Assembly (NCBI GenBank): GCA_039589315.1
Contig: JBDHHQ010000043.1
Span: forward strand, 63,785-127,784
Reading direction: 5' to 3'
Source: Gemmatimonadota bacterium
Lineage (GTDB): Bacteria > Gemmatimonadota > Gemmatimonadetes > Longimicrobiales > Gaopeijiaceae
Length of the DNA: 64,000 bases
The notes beneath the pieces are model-generated. The model saw nothing but the letters and a program-made list of their open reading frames with translations, had not been told where the DNA came from and ran no database searches. This document shows, one piece after another, positions 1 through 10,300 of this stretch. The translations under genes were made by a program, and so were the position numbers. How positions within the stretch are numbered: the stretch's first letter is position 1; each line of letters opens with the position of its first letter.

Positions 1-2
1 CG

Positions 3-2192
3 GCCAACTTCATCGATCTCCGCAGCGCGACCCGATCTCTCGAGGGTTTGGCGGCGATCGCCACGAACGTCGCGCTGCTCGAGGGCACGGACGAGTCACA
101 GCGAGTGTCCGTCGGTCAGGCATCGGGGGATCTGTTTCCCGTGCTGCGGGTGCCCGCCCTTCGGGGACGCCTGCTGAGGCCCGAGGACGAGGGAGCCGAG
201 GCGCCCCTGGTGGCGGTCGTGACGGAAGAGCTCTGGCGAGACCGCTTTGGCGCGGACGCGGGCCTGGTGGGGAGCACCCTTCGCCTGGACGGTCAGGAAC
301 ACGAGGTGGTGGGGATTCTCCCCGCGGAGCTGCGCATTCCCCACGGCTCGCAAGCGGTCCGTGCCGATGTGTGGACGCCGCTCCGCTTCACGCCGCAGGA
401 GGCCTCTCAGCGGCGTAGCAACTACCTCCGCACGGTGGCCCGCCTGGTGGACGGTACGAGCCCGGTTGCCGCCGACGGGGAGATGGTGCAGATAATGGAA
501 GGCATCATCGAGGCCCACCCCGAGCTTCGGGGCGAGCAGCTCCGGGTGGTTCCCATGCAGGCCGAGTCCGTGAAGACCGTGCGCGGGCCACTCCTGCTGC
601 TGTTGGGCGCGGTGGGTTTCGTACTGCTGATCGCCGCGGCCAACGTGGCCAGCTTGCTGTTGGCACGGGGTGTCGGCCGCCGCGAGGAATACGCCGTGAG
701 AACGGCCCTGGGGGCGCGCAGGGCCGACCTGATCCGGACGGCACTGCTCGAAAGCGCCCTGCTGGCCGCGTTCGGATCGGTCGTCGGTCTCGCGCTGGCG
801 TGGGCCGGCGTATCGGCGATTCGGTCGCTGCTTCCCACCCAACTCCCCCAGCTTTCCGGGCTGTCCGTCGACCTGCCCATCCTTGGGTTCGCCCTGGTCT
901 TGGCGGCGGCGGTCGCCTCGCTCTGCGCGGTCGCTCCGGCGTGGCAAGCCAGCTCCGGCGACACGGATGCGCTGCGGTCAGGCGGCCGGAGCGGCACCGG
1001 GAGTCGGCACCAGCGGTGGCTGCGGTCACTGATCGTGGCCGAAGTGGCGCTCTCTCTGATGCTCCTGCTGGGGGCTGGGCTCGTGATGCGCGGCTTCCAG
1101 AGCCTCGTGGGCCGGGACCCGGGCTTCGCCGCCGAGGGGCTCGTCACGCTGTCGGTCGACGTGTCCCCGTCCCGGTATGAAGACGTCGGGACGTACGCGG
1201 GCTTTCTCGCCCAGGCGGTGGAGGCCGTGCGCGGCGTCCCGGGCGTGACCCAGGCCGGGGCGATTCAGCTGATCCCGTACGAGGGTTGGGGCTGGAACTT
1301 CAACATCCGTTACGAGGGTCAGGCCGGAGACGATCCCACCCGGCTGCCCCTGGTCGAGAACCGGTACGTGAGCCCTGGTATCTTTGCCACCCTGGGCCAG
1401 ACGCTTCTCGGCGGGCGACTGTTGAGCGAGATGGACGACGCCTCGGAGGGGACGCCCGTGGTGGTGGTGGCGAATCAGGCACTGGTGGACCGGGACTTCG
1501 CCGGCGAGGACCCGGTGGGCAAGCGGTTTCATCTGTCTGACAGCACGTACGCCACGATCGTGGGCGTCGTCACCAACATCCGGAACTCCGGGCCCTACAG
1601 CGAGCCCCGACCGGCCGTGTACTGGAGCTATGCCCAGCGGGGCGGAGGGTTCTCCAGCTTCCCCCTGCTGATCCGCACCTCGGGCGACCCGCTCCGGGTG
1701 TCCCGTGCCGTCACCGCTGCCATCCGGACAGTCGACCCCACGGCAGCAGTGAGCCAGCCGCGGACGATGGACCAGGTGATGGCCCGGTCGGTCGGGCGCC
1801 CTCGGTTCTATCTGGCGCTGCTGGGTATCTTCGCCGGCGTGGCATTGGGGCTGGCGGTCTCGGGACTCTACGGGATCATGAGCTACGCGGTGGCGCGCCG
1901 CACCCGGGAGCTCGGCGTCCGGGCCGCCCTCGGCGGCACGCCGACGAGGATCTTCTCCATGGTCATGGCGCAGGGGATGGGCCTGTTGGTGATCGGGAGC
2001 GCGGCGGGTCTGCTGGGGGGAGTGGCAGTGACCCGTCTGCTCGGCTCACTGCTTTACGGTGTGAGCCCCCTGGACGCGGTGACGTGGCTGCTGGTGCCGC
2101 TGCCGCTCGTCGGAGCGGCCGCGCTGGCCACGGTGATCCCGGCGCGGCGAGCCTCGGCAGTGTCACCCTCCATCGCCATGCGCGAGGAGTGA
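3..2192 (+). CDS. ADOP/MacB-FtsX duplicated ABC permease, 5'-partial
   Basis: Frame is open from the window edge (ANFIDLRS...). Motifs LLIAAANVASLLLARG, R.ALGA and RTRELGVRAALG; two MacB-PCD+FtsX halves. Confidence 0.92.
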   Translation, partial: ANFIDLRSATRSLEGLAAIATNVALLEGTDESQRVSVGQASGDLFPVLRVPALRGRLLRPEDEGAEAPLVAVVTEELWRDRFGADAGLVGSTLRLDGQEHEVVGILPAELRIPHGSQAVRADVWTPLRFTPQEASQRRSNYLRTVARLVDGTSPVAADGEMVQIMEGIIEAHPELRGEQLRVVPMQAESVKTVRGPLLLLLGAVGFVLLIAAANVASLLLARGVGRREEYAVRTALGARRADLIRTALLESALLAAFGSVVGLALAWAGVSAIRSLLPTQLPQLSGLSVDLPILGFALVLAAAVASLCAVAPAWQASSGDTDALRSGGRSGTGSRHQRWLRSLIVAEVALSLMLLLGAGLVMRGFQSLVGRDPGFAAEGLVTLSVDVSPSRYEDVGTYAGFLAQAVEAVRGVPGVTQAGAIQLIPYEGWGWNFNIRYEGQAGDDPTRLPLVENRYVSPGIFATLGQTLLGGRLLSEMDDASEGTPVVVVANQALVDRDFAGEDPVGKRFHLSDSTYATIVGVVTNIRNSGPYSEPRPAVYWSYAQRGGGFSSFPLLIRTSGDPLRVSRAVTAAIRTVDPTAAVSQPRTMDQVMARSVGRPRFYLALLGIFAGVALGLAVSGLYGIMSYAVARRTRELGVRAALGGTPTRIFSMVMAQGMGLLVIGSAAGLLGGVAVTRLLGSLLYGVSPLDAVTWLLVPLPLVGAAALATVIPARRASAVSPSIAMREE

Positions 2193-2326
2193 CGCGGCGA
2201 GTGCACGCGGATTCCCCCGCGCACCCGCCCCTCGCGAGTCGCCTAGGCCCAACTTCCGGTTGCCGTCGAGCGGCCGGTGCGCCCACCTCGACTGGGTCGA
2301 GAGCGACGCACCGACGACCCGACGAA

Positions 2327-4735
2327 TCACTCCGCCCGGAGTGCGTCGACCGGGTTGACCCGCGTGGCCCGACGGGCCGGCAGATACGCCGCCAGCACGG
2401 CCACGGACGCCAGCACGAGGCCCGCCACGCCGAACGACAGCGGATCGGCGGGCTCGATCTCGTAGAGCAGCCCCGCCAGGAAGTTGGAGAGGAACAGGGC
2501 TCCCAGACCACCGACGAGCAATGCGGTAGCGACGAGGATGACGCCTTCGCGCAGGACCATGCGGAGGACGCGGCCCCGGTCGGCCCCCACGGCGAGGCGG
2601 ATGCCGAACTCCCGGGTCCGCTGACTCACCGAGAACGCCAGCACGCCCAGGACGCCAACCGCTGCGATCAGAAGTGCCAGCAACGCGAAGGCACCGAAAA
2701 GCGTGGCGTTGAGCCGTTCCGGCGCGATGCTGTCCGCCTTCAGCTCTGCCAGGGAGGCGATGTTGTCCACGATCCGGTCGGGGTCGTGCTCGCGGATCGC
2801 CTCTTTCACGAACTGGGCCAGGGGCCCGACTGCCCCGCTGGTCCGCACCATCAAGGTCGAGCCCGGGGCGTTCTGGCTCATGGACACGTAGAGGACGCCC
2901 AGACCGGACCGGTCGAGCCCGTAGTCCCGGGTGTCCCCGACCACGCCCACCACCCGGTACCACGGGTTGAAGTCACCGCTGCCGAACCGCCATGAGATCC
3001 GTTGCCCGACGGCGTCGGTGTCGGGAAAGAACTGCCGGGCCATGGACTGATTGAGCACCGCGACCGGCTCCCCGTCCGGCTCGTCCGTCATCACGTAGGC
3101 GGGCGAGACCACGTTGAAGCGTGCTTCCGAGCGGCTCCCCGCCATGGCGTCCTCACGCCCCTCGACCCGGAATTCCCAGTTGACCGGGCCGAAGGCGTTC
3201 GAGCTCAGGGGCGCCCAGTTCGCCACGGATGCATTCCTCACCCCGGGGTACCGCTCGACCCGCTCGATGACGTCGGTCCAGAGGGCGCGCCGCTCGTCCA
3301 CCGTGAGGCTGGTGGCGTTGGAGAAGAAGTCCGGGGACTCCAGAGTCACCACGTTCTCCGGATCGAACCCGGCATCGACCGACTGGAGGCGGAGCAGGCT
3401 CCGAACCAGCAGCCCGGCGCCGATGAGCAGGGCGAAGGAGAGCGAGAGCTGGCTCACCACCAGTGCCTGCTGGAGCCGCTTGCGGCCCACGCTCGCCGTG
3501 GTGCGCCCACCCGTGCCGATGCCGCCCGACCGCGGCGCCAGGGGCATGCCGGGGAGCCAAGCCAGCACTACCGAGATCCCCGTGGCCACCACGACGGCGA
3601 ACGACAGGACACCCAGGTCGATGCCGATCTCTCCGGTCCGCACGGTGAGCCGGCCGGCGTAGTCCACGAGCAGGTCGAGGCCGAGGTAGGCGAGGGCCAG
3701 ACCCAGGCCGGCCCCCAGCACGGAGAGCACCAGGTTCTCGGCCAGAAGGCGCCGCCGAAGCACGGAGGTCGTCGCCCCGAGAGCCGCCCGGGTGGCGAGC
3801 TCGTGCTCCTTCCGAATCAGGCGGGTCAACGTGAGGTTGGCGACATTGGCGCAGGCCAGGATCAGCACCAGGCCCACCGTGGCCATCAGCAGGACGAAGG
3901 TGGACCGAGCGTCCCGGGTCAGCTCGTCCTTCCAGAGCGAGACCTCGAGCCCGTACTGGAGATCAGCGGGATAGGCGTCCCCGTACTCCTGGTGCAGGCG
4001 CCGCATGATACCCGTCAGCTCCGAGCGCGCGGCCTCCGGCGTGGCGCCCGGGACCATGCGAGCGAAGACGTCGGTCATCCGGTGCGTCCGGCTGTCCCGC
4101 ATCGCCGCGCCCTGGTAGTGGTCGTTGGTGGCGTAGTTGACGAAGAAGTCCACGCGCCGGCTGCCGGTGTAGTGGCTGCCCGGCTCCAGCACGCCCACGA
4201 TGCGGGTGGTGCGGCCGCCGAGCTGAATCGTACGCCCGAGGGCTTCCGGATCCGCTCCGAAAGCGCGATTCCAGTAGTCGTGGGTCAGCACCATGACGGG
4301 CTCTGCGCCCTGCTCCGCGTCCTCGACCAGCAGGCTGCGGCCGTGGGCCGGCACCAGACCCAGAACCTCGAAGTAGTTCGGCGTCACCAAGCCACCGACC
4401 GCCCGGTGAGGCTCTCCCTCGCCCACCACGCTGAAGGTCCAATCGCCGTATTCCACCAACTCATCCACCAGGGTGGACTGGGCGCGGTAGTCGTCGATCT
4501 CGATGAACGAGAACGTGACGTTGTCCACGCCCGCCCCTCTGGCAGGCTGTTTCAGGTAGAGGATGCGATCCGCGTCGGCGTGGGGGAGTGGCGAGAGGAG
4601 CACGCCGTCCACGACGCTGAAGATGGCGGCATTGATCCCGATCCCGAGACCGAGGGTCAGAATGAATGCCGCGGCGTATCCGGGACTCCTGCGAAGGCTC
4701 CTGGCCGCAGATCCGAGCTCAGATAGCAGTTGCAT
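2327..4735 (-). CDS. ADOP/MacB-FtsX duplicated ABC permease
   Basis: N-terminus RSLRRSPGY...LGLGIGIN.AIFSVV; LILACANVANL; RTREFGIRLAVGA; C-terminus ATRVNPVDALRAE. Start taken at ATG 4735 with a GGAGG RBS. Confidence 0.92.
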   Translation of the reverse strand: MQLLSELGSAARSLRRSPGYAAAFILTLGLGIGINAAIFSVVDGVLLSPLPHADADRILYLKQPARGAGVDNVTFSFIEIDDYRAQSTLVDELVEYGDWTFSVVGEGEPHRAVGGLVTPNYFEVLGLVPAHGRSLLVEDAEQGAEPVMVLTHDYWNRAFGADPEALGRTIQLGGRTTRIVGVLEPGSHYTGSRRVDFFVNYATNDHYQGAAMRDSRTHRMTDVFARMVPGATPEAARSELTGIMRRLHQEYGDAYPADLQYGLEVSLWKDELTRDARSTFVLLMATVGLVLILACANVANLTLTRLIRKEHELATRAALGATTSVLRRRLLAENLVLSVLGAGLGLALAYLGLDLLVDYAGRLTVRTGEIGIDLGVLSFAVVVATGISVVLAWLPGMPLAPRSGGIGTGGRTTASVGRKRLQQALVVSQLSLSFALLIGAGLLVRSLLRLQSVDAGFDPENVVTLESPDFFSNATSLTVDERRALWTDVIERVERYPGVRNASVANWAPLSSNAFGPVNWEFRVEGREDAMAGSRSEARFNVVSPAYVMTDEPDGEPVAVLNQSMARQFFPDTDAVGQRISWRFGSGDFNPWYRVVGVVGDTRDYGLDRSGLGVLYVSMSQNAPGSTLMVRTSGAVGPLAQFVKEAIREHDPDRIVDNIASLAELKADSIAPERLNATLFGAFALLALLIAAVGVLGVLAFSVSQRTREFGIRLAVGADRGRVLRMVLREGVILVATALLVGGLGALFLSNFLAGLLYEIEPADPLSFGVAGLVLASVAVLAAYLPARRATRVNPVDALRAE

Positions 4736-4819
4736 GCTCCACCTCCCCACCGATGACTCAAGACGCGGCGACCCCCGTCGCCCGTCCCCGGGTCGCCCTG
4801 CCCGGTCTCAGTTCAGAAG

Positions 4820-4845
4820 ATCTACGAAGACCATCGTATATGCAA
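4820..4845 (-). promoter_or_regulatory. Putative promoter with overlapping inverted repeat upstream of the permease
   Basis: ATCTACGA-N6-TCGTATAT (4820-4841, one mismatch) overlaps a TTGCAT -35-like hexamer on the minus strand. Confidence 0.45.
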
Positions 4846-4867
4846 GAGGACCGCTCCGCCCTGCTTC

Positions 4868-6733
4868 TCAGAGCAGAGTCAGGAGCCAGAGCACCAGGGC
4901 CAGGAGGCCCACCACAGCGGCCCCGCGAACGACCATCGGCATCTTCCGCGACGGGACGTCCGGTGCGGCAAGCGCCGCGACCAGCGCTCCCGGGGTGGCG
5001 AAACGGTGTCCGGGATCCTCGTCCATCGCTCGCTCCACGGCCCGCTCCACGTGTGGCGGGACGTCCGGGCGCAGCGTCCGTAGACCGGGCGCACGGCGGC
5101 TCAGGCCGCCCGCCCTGGCCGAGTCACCGTCGAAGGGGGGTCGACCGGCCAGCATCTCGTACACGACACAGCCGAGACTGAAGACGTCCGATCGCCCGTC
5201 CACGTCGTGCTCCCCGCTCAGCTGCTCCGGGCTCATGTACGCCATCGTGCCCATCACCGCCCCGGTGGCGGTGAGCGCGGAGTCCCGTTCGTCCCGCAGT
5301 GCCTTGGCGATCCCGAAATCGGTGACGATACCCTGCCCCTCGCTGATCATGATGTTGGCGGGCTTCACGTCCCGATGCACCACGCCCTGCCGGTGCGCGT
5401 GGTCGAGGGCCGCCGCCACGTCCCCCACGATCTTGAGGACCCGCTCCAGTGACAGGCGATCGCCTCGACGAAGGTGATCCCTCAGCGAAGCGCCCTTTAT
5501 GAACGGTGTCACGTAGAACAGCAGGCCACCGGCCACTCCTGAATCCAGGAGCGGCACGATATGGGGATGCTGGAGGTGGGAGGTGATCTGGATCTCACGC
5601 TCGAATCGTTGCGCCCCCTCCCCCACCGTGAGCTCCGGATGGATCACCTTGATGGCCACCGGCCTCTGGTGCTTGCGCTCACGGGCCCGAAAGACCGTCG
5701 CCATGCCGCCGCGACCTACCTCGACTTCGACCTCGTACCGCTGCGAAAGCTCTCCCCGGAGGACCTGGTAGGGATCTCGCAGACCCGACGCGGGCGCCGG
5801 CGGGGACGAGCCAGGAAGGCGGCCGCTCCCGTACTCGGCCCGCTCGTGAAGCAGTGGAGCCTCCAGCGGGCCTCCTTGCAGGCCCAGGAAGCTCCGTACC
5901 TCCGTGACGAACTGCGTCCACGCGGGCTCGGGCTCCAGGATGAGGTGGTTCTTGCTGTCGAGGGCTACGAACCGGCTGTCCGGGATGCCCGACGCGAGGA
6001 CGCGGCCCGCTTCGAAGGGTACCCTGGCCTCGTTGCGGGCGTGGAGCACGAGCGTGGGAACCGAGACCTGCGCCAGGAGATGCCGCACGTCGATGTCGCC
6101 GAAGGTCTCCTGGAACCGCACGGCGTTGTCGGGCGAGGTGGAGATGCGCTGCAACTCGTTGAACCACTCCGCCTGCTCCGGCGTCCCCTCCGGCAGGAAC
6201 AGGTTCGTGAACAGATGCCGATAGGCAGGGTTGTCTCGTCCCCAGCCCTGGCGCATGAGGGTCATGAGCGCCCGCCGCTCTTCCTCCTCGCCCGGGTCGC
6301 TTCGGTGCTTCCAGCCGGCGGCGTAGGCCCCGTAGAGGATCAGGTGGCTCACCCGCTCGGGGTGTCGCACGGCGTAGTCGATGGCCACCGCCCCGCCCTG
6401 GGAGATGCCCAGCAGGGGGAACCGGTCCAGGCCCAGGGCGTCGACCACGGCCTCGAGGTCGTCGACCCACGCCTCGAACGCGAACTCCACGTCCCGGTCG
6501 GAGAGCCCGCATCCCCGCTCGTCATAGCGAACGAGCTTGTGATCGCGGGAAAGCTCCCGGAGCCAGTGTCGCCAGACGGGGCTCTCACGATCGAACTCGA
6601 GGTGGCTGAGCCAGTTCGCGGCTTTCACCAGCGGAGGGCCGGTACCCAACGTCGCGTACGCGATGCGCACGCCGTCAGGCGTGGTGCAGAAGCGGATTTC
6701 CTGCTGGAAGCCGTATGGATTGCTGGAGGTCAT
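4868..6733 (-). CDS. Alpha/beta hydrolase fused to Ser/Thr protein kinase with C-terminal TM helix
   Basis: Hydrolase motifs RYDERGCGLS and GISQGG. Kinase motifs GRGGMATV, VAIK, HRDVKPANI, DFG and YMSPE. Confidence 0.9.
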   Translation of the reverse strand: MTSSNPYGFQQEIRFCTTPDGVRIAYATLGTGPPLVKAANWLSHLEFDRESPVWRHWLRELSRDHKLVRYDERGCGLSDRDVEFAFEAWVDDLEAVVDALGLDRFPLLGISQGGAVAIDYAVRHPERVSHLILYGAYAAGWKHRSDPGEEEERRALMTLMRQGWGRDNPAYRHLFTNLFLPEGTPEQAEWFNELQRISTSPDNAVRFQETFGDIDVRHLLAQVSVPTLVLHARNEARVPFEAGRVLASGIPDSRFVALDSKNHLILEPEPAWTQFVTEVRSFLGLQGGPLEAPLLHERAEYGSGRLPGSSPPAPASGLRDPYQVLRGELSQRYEVEVEVGRGGMATVFRARERKHQRPVAIKVIHPELTVGEGAQRFEREIQITSHLQHPHIVPLLDSGVAGGLLFYVTPFIKGASLRDHLRRGDRLSLERVLKIVGDVAAALDHAHRQGVVHRDVKPANIMISEGQGIVTDFGIAKALRDERDSALTATGAVMGTMAYMSPEQLSGEHDVDGRSDVFSLGCVVYEMLAGRPPFDGDSARAGGLSRRAPGLRTLRPDVPPHVERAVERAMDEDPGHRFATPGALVAALAAPDVPSRKMPMVVRGAAVVGLLALVLWLLTLL

Positions 6734-6936
6734 GTCCGTCGTTGGGAGATGGCGGAAACATACGGGCGCCCGCGCCGGGCTCCAAGCGTTTTCGGCATGC
6801 CGTGGGCAGATGGACGGCTCTGGAAGGTCTTTGCCCTACATGGCGTGTCGGACTCCTCCCCACGGCGAGCGGGCCCTCCGAGCCCGATCTTTCTTCGAGC
6901 CCTTTCGCGACCTTCCGTACGACGGAGCGAAGTGCC

Positions 6937-8076
6937 GTGCCCCTGTCACCCGAAATCCACGCCCGCTTCCACGGGTTGCGCCGACTCATAGGCAATACGC
7001 CCCTTCTCCGGGTGGACTACCGCCTCGAGGGGGCACCCCGCAGCGTTTTCGTGAAGAACGAGACGCTCAACATGACGGGGAGCGTGAAGGACCGGATGGC
7101 GCTCCACATCCTGCGGCGCGCCTACGAGCGGGAGACCCTCCGCCCCGGCGCCCTCGTCATCGAGGCGACGAGCGGGAACACCGGAATCTCGTTCGCGGCC
7201 ATCGGGCGGGCGCTCGGACACCCGGTCGCCATCTTCATGCCCGAGTGGATGAGCGAGGAGCGGAAGAACCTGATCCGGTCGTTCGGCGCGGAGATCCACC
7301 TCGTCAGCCATGCGCAAGGCGGCTTCCTCGGCTCCATCGGGATGGCCGAGGAGATGGCGAACCGGATACCGGACGCCTTCCTCCCGCATCAGTTCGCCAA
7401 CGAGGACAACAGCGACGCCCACGCCACGGGGACAGGGCCGGAGATCTGGTCGCAGCTCGAAGGCCACGGACTCAGGCCGGACGCCCTCGTCGCGGGCGTG
7501 GGCACGGGCGGGACGGTCATGGGGACGGGCGATCACCTACGCTCGCGCCACCCGGGCATCCGTGTGCACCCCCTGGAGCCGTCCAACTCGCCCACCATGA
7601 GCACCGGCCACCGGGTCGGCCACCACCGCATCCAGGGCATATCGGACGAGTTCATCCCGCCCATCGTGGACCTGGACCGGCTCGACGACGTGGTGGCCGT
7701 GGACGACGGGGACGCCATCCTCATGGCTCAGAGGCTCGCCCGGGTTCTGGGGCTGGGCGTCGGCATCTCGTCAGGGGCCAACTTCCTCGGGGCCGTGAAG
7801 CTGCTGGAGGAGTGGGACGGCGCGGCCACCGTCGTCACCCTCTTCCCGGACAGCAACAAGAAATACCTCTCCACCGACCTGCTCAAAGACGAGCCGGTGC
7901 GGCCGGACCACATCACACCTGCCGTGGAGCTCACGGGCTTCACCAGCTACAACCGGGTGTGCAGCGCGTGCTATCCGCCCGAAGAGCTGGCCCAACTGGC
8001 TGCTGCCGGGGGGCCCGACGCCGAGTTCTTTCGCAGGGCTGGGCGCCTCATGGACGAGGCGGAGCAGACGAAGTAG
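6937..8076 (+). CDS. PLP-dependent cysteine synthase family protein
   Basis: IGNTPLL, TGSVKDRMA (PLP Lys), EATSGNTG, GVGTGGT, HRIQGI. Start estimated at GTG 6937. Confidence 0.9.
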   Translation: MPLSPEIHARFHGLRRLIGNTPLLRVDYRLEGAPRSVFVKNETLNMTGSVKDRMALHILRRAYERETLRPGALVIEATSGNTGISFAAIGRALGHPVAIFMPEWMSEERKNLIRSFGAEIHLVSHAQGGFLGSIGMAEEMANRIPDAFLPHQFANEDNSDAHATGTGPEIWSQLEGHGLRPDALVAGVGTGGTVMGTGDHLRSRHPGIRVHPLEPSNSPTMSTGHRVGHHRIQGISDEFIPPIVDLDRLDDVVAVDDGDAILMAQRLARVLGLGVGISSGANFLGAVKLLEEWDGAATVVTLFPDSNKKYLSTDLLKDEPVRPDHITPAVELTGFTSYNRVCSACYPPEELAQLAAAGGPDAEFFRRAGRLMDEAEQTK

Positions 8077-8096
8077 TCGACGCCTGCCCCGGCGAC

Positions 8097-10133
8097 TCAG
8101 CGGCCTTGTCCGTCCGTGACCGGGCCGTCCACGGGAAGCCAACGGCCGAACCACTCGACATTGCGGGTCATGAGGTCGCGCTGGAGGGCGGGCTCCCTGA
8201 CGCCGTGGGGCTGGCCGGGATAGGTTACCATCTTCACCGGCGCCCGTCCGATCGCCTTCATGGCCTCATAGAACATGCGGCTCTGCTCCTTGGGCACTCG
8301 AGCGTCGTTCTCGCCCACCTGGATCAGTAGCGGCGTGGTGACCCGGCCGACGCGCCGATACGCGGACCGCTCCTCGTACAGCTGCCAATCCTCCCAAGGG
8401 CTGGGCCCCAGGTACGTGTGGTAGAAGCCGGGCAAGTCGGTCTGGTGGAACATCGATACCAGCTCGTTGGCCCCGGCGCCGGCACTGGCCGCCTTGAACC
8501 GATCCGTCTGCGTGATGCCCCAATAGGTATGGTGCCCGCCGAAGCTCCAACCCATCACGCCCAGTCGGTCGGGATCTGCGATGCCTTCCGCAATCAGGTG
8601 ATCGACGCCCGAATCCACATCCACCCAATCGCGGCCCGAGATGTCGCCCCGGTTGAGGCCGCGGAACCGCTCTCCGTAGCCAGTCGAGCCTCTGTAGTTG
8701 GGTTGCAGGACGGCGTACCCCCTGCCGGCGAACACCTGGGTCGGGTATGCCCCATCGTCTCCATGGAAGCTCATCGTGGACACGCCGGATGGGCCTCCGT
8801 GAATGCGCAGAAGGAGCGGAGCTCGCTGACCCTCTCGGTAGCCCACCGGCAGCGTGAGGACGCCTTCGATCTCCTCCCCGTCAGCGCGAGAGCGCCAAGA
8901 GACGACCCGGGTCTCCCCTAGCGCCAACTGGTCTGCGCGTGGATTGACCTGGGTCAGGCGGCGCGGTGCGAATGCTCCCGCCTCGGCCGCGTAGACGTCG
9001 GGCGGCCGGGTCGGGCTCTGGCCGACGAACGCAACGCGTCCGCCGTCCGCCGACGCCGAGAAGCCCGAGGCGAAAAGGTCTCCCATGTCGACGGGCTCGA
9101 CCTGGTCGTCGCCCCGGCCTTCGAGGGGCACCCGCACGATTCTCCGGCCCGTTCGATCGGCAGCTTCCACGAGGAGCGCCTCGGCCCCGGCCCGGACGAG
9201 GCCGGCGTGCTCGTCCAGGCCATCGGTAAGGGAGACCGGGGCCTCCACGCCGTTCACCGGCACCAGCCACAGGCGGTTGTTGTAGGTGCCACGCTCATGA
9301 CCCGAGCCAGCGACGATCAGCCCCAGCTCGGTCGTCCAGTCGACCGGAGTCTCACCGCCCGGAAGATCCGTGACCCTGCGGATCGTGGAACCGGCACCCT
9401 GTTGTACGAAGACCGCGCCCGCCACGTAGGTGCGGAGTCGGGGCGACGGTCTCGCCGCCCACGCCAGCGCCTCCGAGTCGGGGGCCCAAACCACCTCCGT
9501 CACGTGTTGGTCCGCCGCCGAGCGCTGCTCTGCCCGCCCGGCGACGTGATCTTCCAGGGGAGCGACCCAAAGGCGTGACCAGTCGGCTGCATACGCGCTG
9601 TCAGCGACGATGGGTCGCCCGCGGGTCTTCTCCAGCTCTTCTTCCTCCTCGCTGGCCTCGGCCGGAGCGAGGAAGGCGATCCAGGTACCGTCGGGCGCGA
9701 GGGAGAAGCCGGTCACGCTGGTGGCGAAGGACGTAACCGGCCACGCCTCGCCTCCATGCGGAACGATACCGTAGATCTGGGTGCCGTCCTCGTCTTCCTC
9801 GGTGTCGCGGTCCGAGCGGAATGCCAGCCAGCTCCCGTCCGGCGCCCACTGCGGATCTCCGTCGTATCCGGGTCCCTGCGTGAGCTGCCGGGGAGGGCCC
9901 CCGTCCGTGGACACGATCCAGATGTCCGCGTCGTACTCGTTGGCCTCCAGATCCCGCTCGGTGACGACGAACGCGACCCACGACCCATCGGGACTGATCT
10001 GGACCGAGCCCACGGAGCGGAGCGAAAGGACGTCCTCGATGGTCTGGGGGCGAAGCTCCTGTGCACGTCCGAGATCCGGGGTAGCGATGGTGGCAAGAAC
10101 GGCCAGAAGGGAGGCGATGGTCTGCAGCCGCAT
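8097..10133 (-). CDS. S9 family (acylaminoacyl/dipeptidyl) peptidase, secreted
   Basis: Signal peptide, PD40-like SPDG repeats, IHGGP, NYRGSTGYG, GWSFGG nucleophile, D-ARV and YPGQPH. Confidence 0.92.
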   Translation of the reverse strand: MRLQTIASLLAVLATIATPDLGRAQELRPQTIEDVLSLRSVGSVQISPDGSWVAFVVTERDLEANEYDADIWIVSTDGGPPRQLTQGPGYDGDPQWAPDGSWLAFRSDRDTEEDEDGTQIYGIVPHGGEAWPVTSFATSVTGFSLAPDGTWIAFLAPAEASEEEEELEKTRGRPIVADSAYAADWSRLWVAPLEDHVAGRAEQRSAADQHVTEVVWAPDSEALAWAARPSPRLRTYVAGAVFVQQGAGSTIRRVTDLPGGETPVDWTTELGLIVAGSGHERGTYNNRLWLVPVNGVEAPVSLTDGLDEHAGLVRAGAEALLVEAADRTGRRIVRVPLEGRGDDQVEPVDMGDLFASGFSASADGGRVAFVGQSPTRPPDVYAAEAGAFAPRRLTQVNPRADQLALGETRVVSWRSRADGEEIEGVLTLPVGYREGQRAPLLLRIHGGPSGVSTMSFHGDDGAYPTQVFAGRGYAVLQPNYRGSTGYGERFRGLNRGDISGRDWVDVDSGVDHLIAEGIADPDRLGVMGWSFGGHHTYWGITQTDRFKAASAGAGANELVSMFHQTDLPGFYHTYLGPSPWEDWQLYEERSAYRRVGRVTTPLLIQVGENDARVPKEQSRMFYEAMKAIGRAPVKMVTYPGQPHGVREPALQRDLMTRNVEWFGRWLPVDGPVTDGQGR

Positions 10134-10300
10134 GGCGAATCTCCGAAGCGCTGACGTGAGGGGCGGCCTGAGCACGCCTTGATCCGTCGGCGCAAGGTAG
10201 GCGCGACCGCGGCCGGTTCGAAACCCAGGCCGCGCCTTGCCGTAGGGTCCATGGGTAGTTCAACTCAACGGCGGCGTCCTTCCATCCCACCAGGAGGCCC

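Noticed and set aside
3002..4726. Long antisense ORFs (e.g. 3002-4726, 18680-20350, 46244-47911, 54665-56188)
   Set aside because: They mirror real genes on the opposite strand, show no motifs, and are expected at this GC content.
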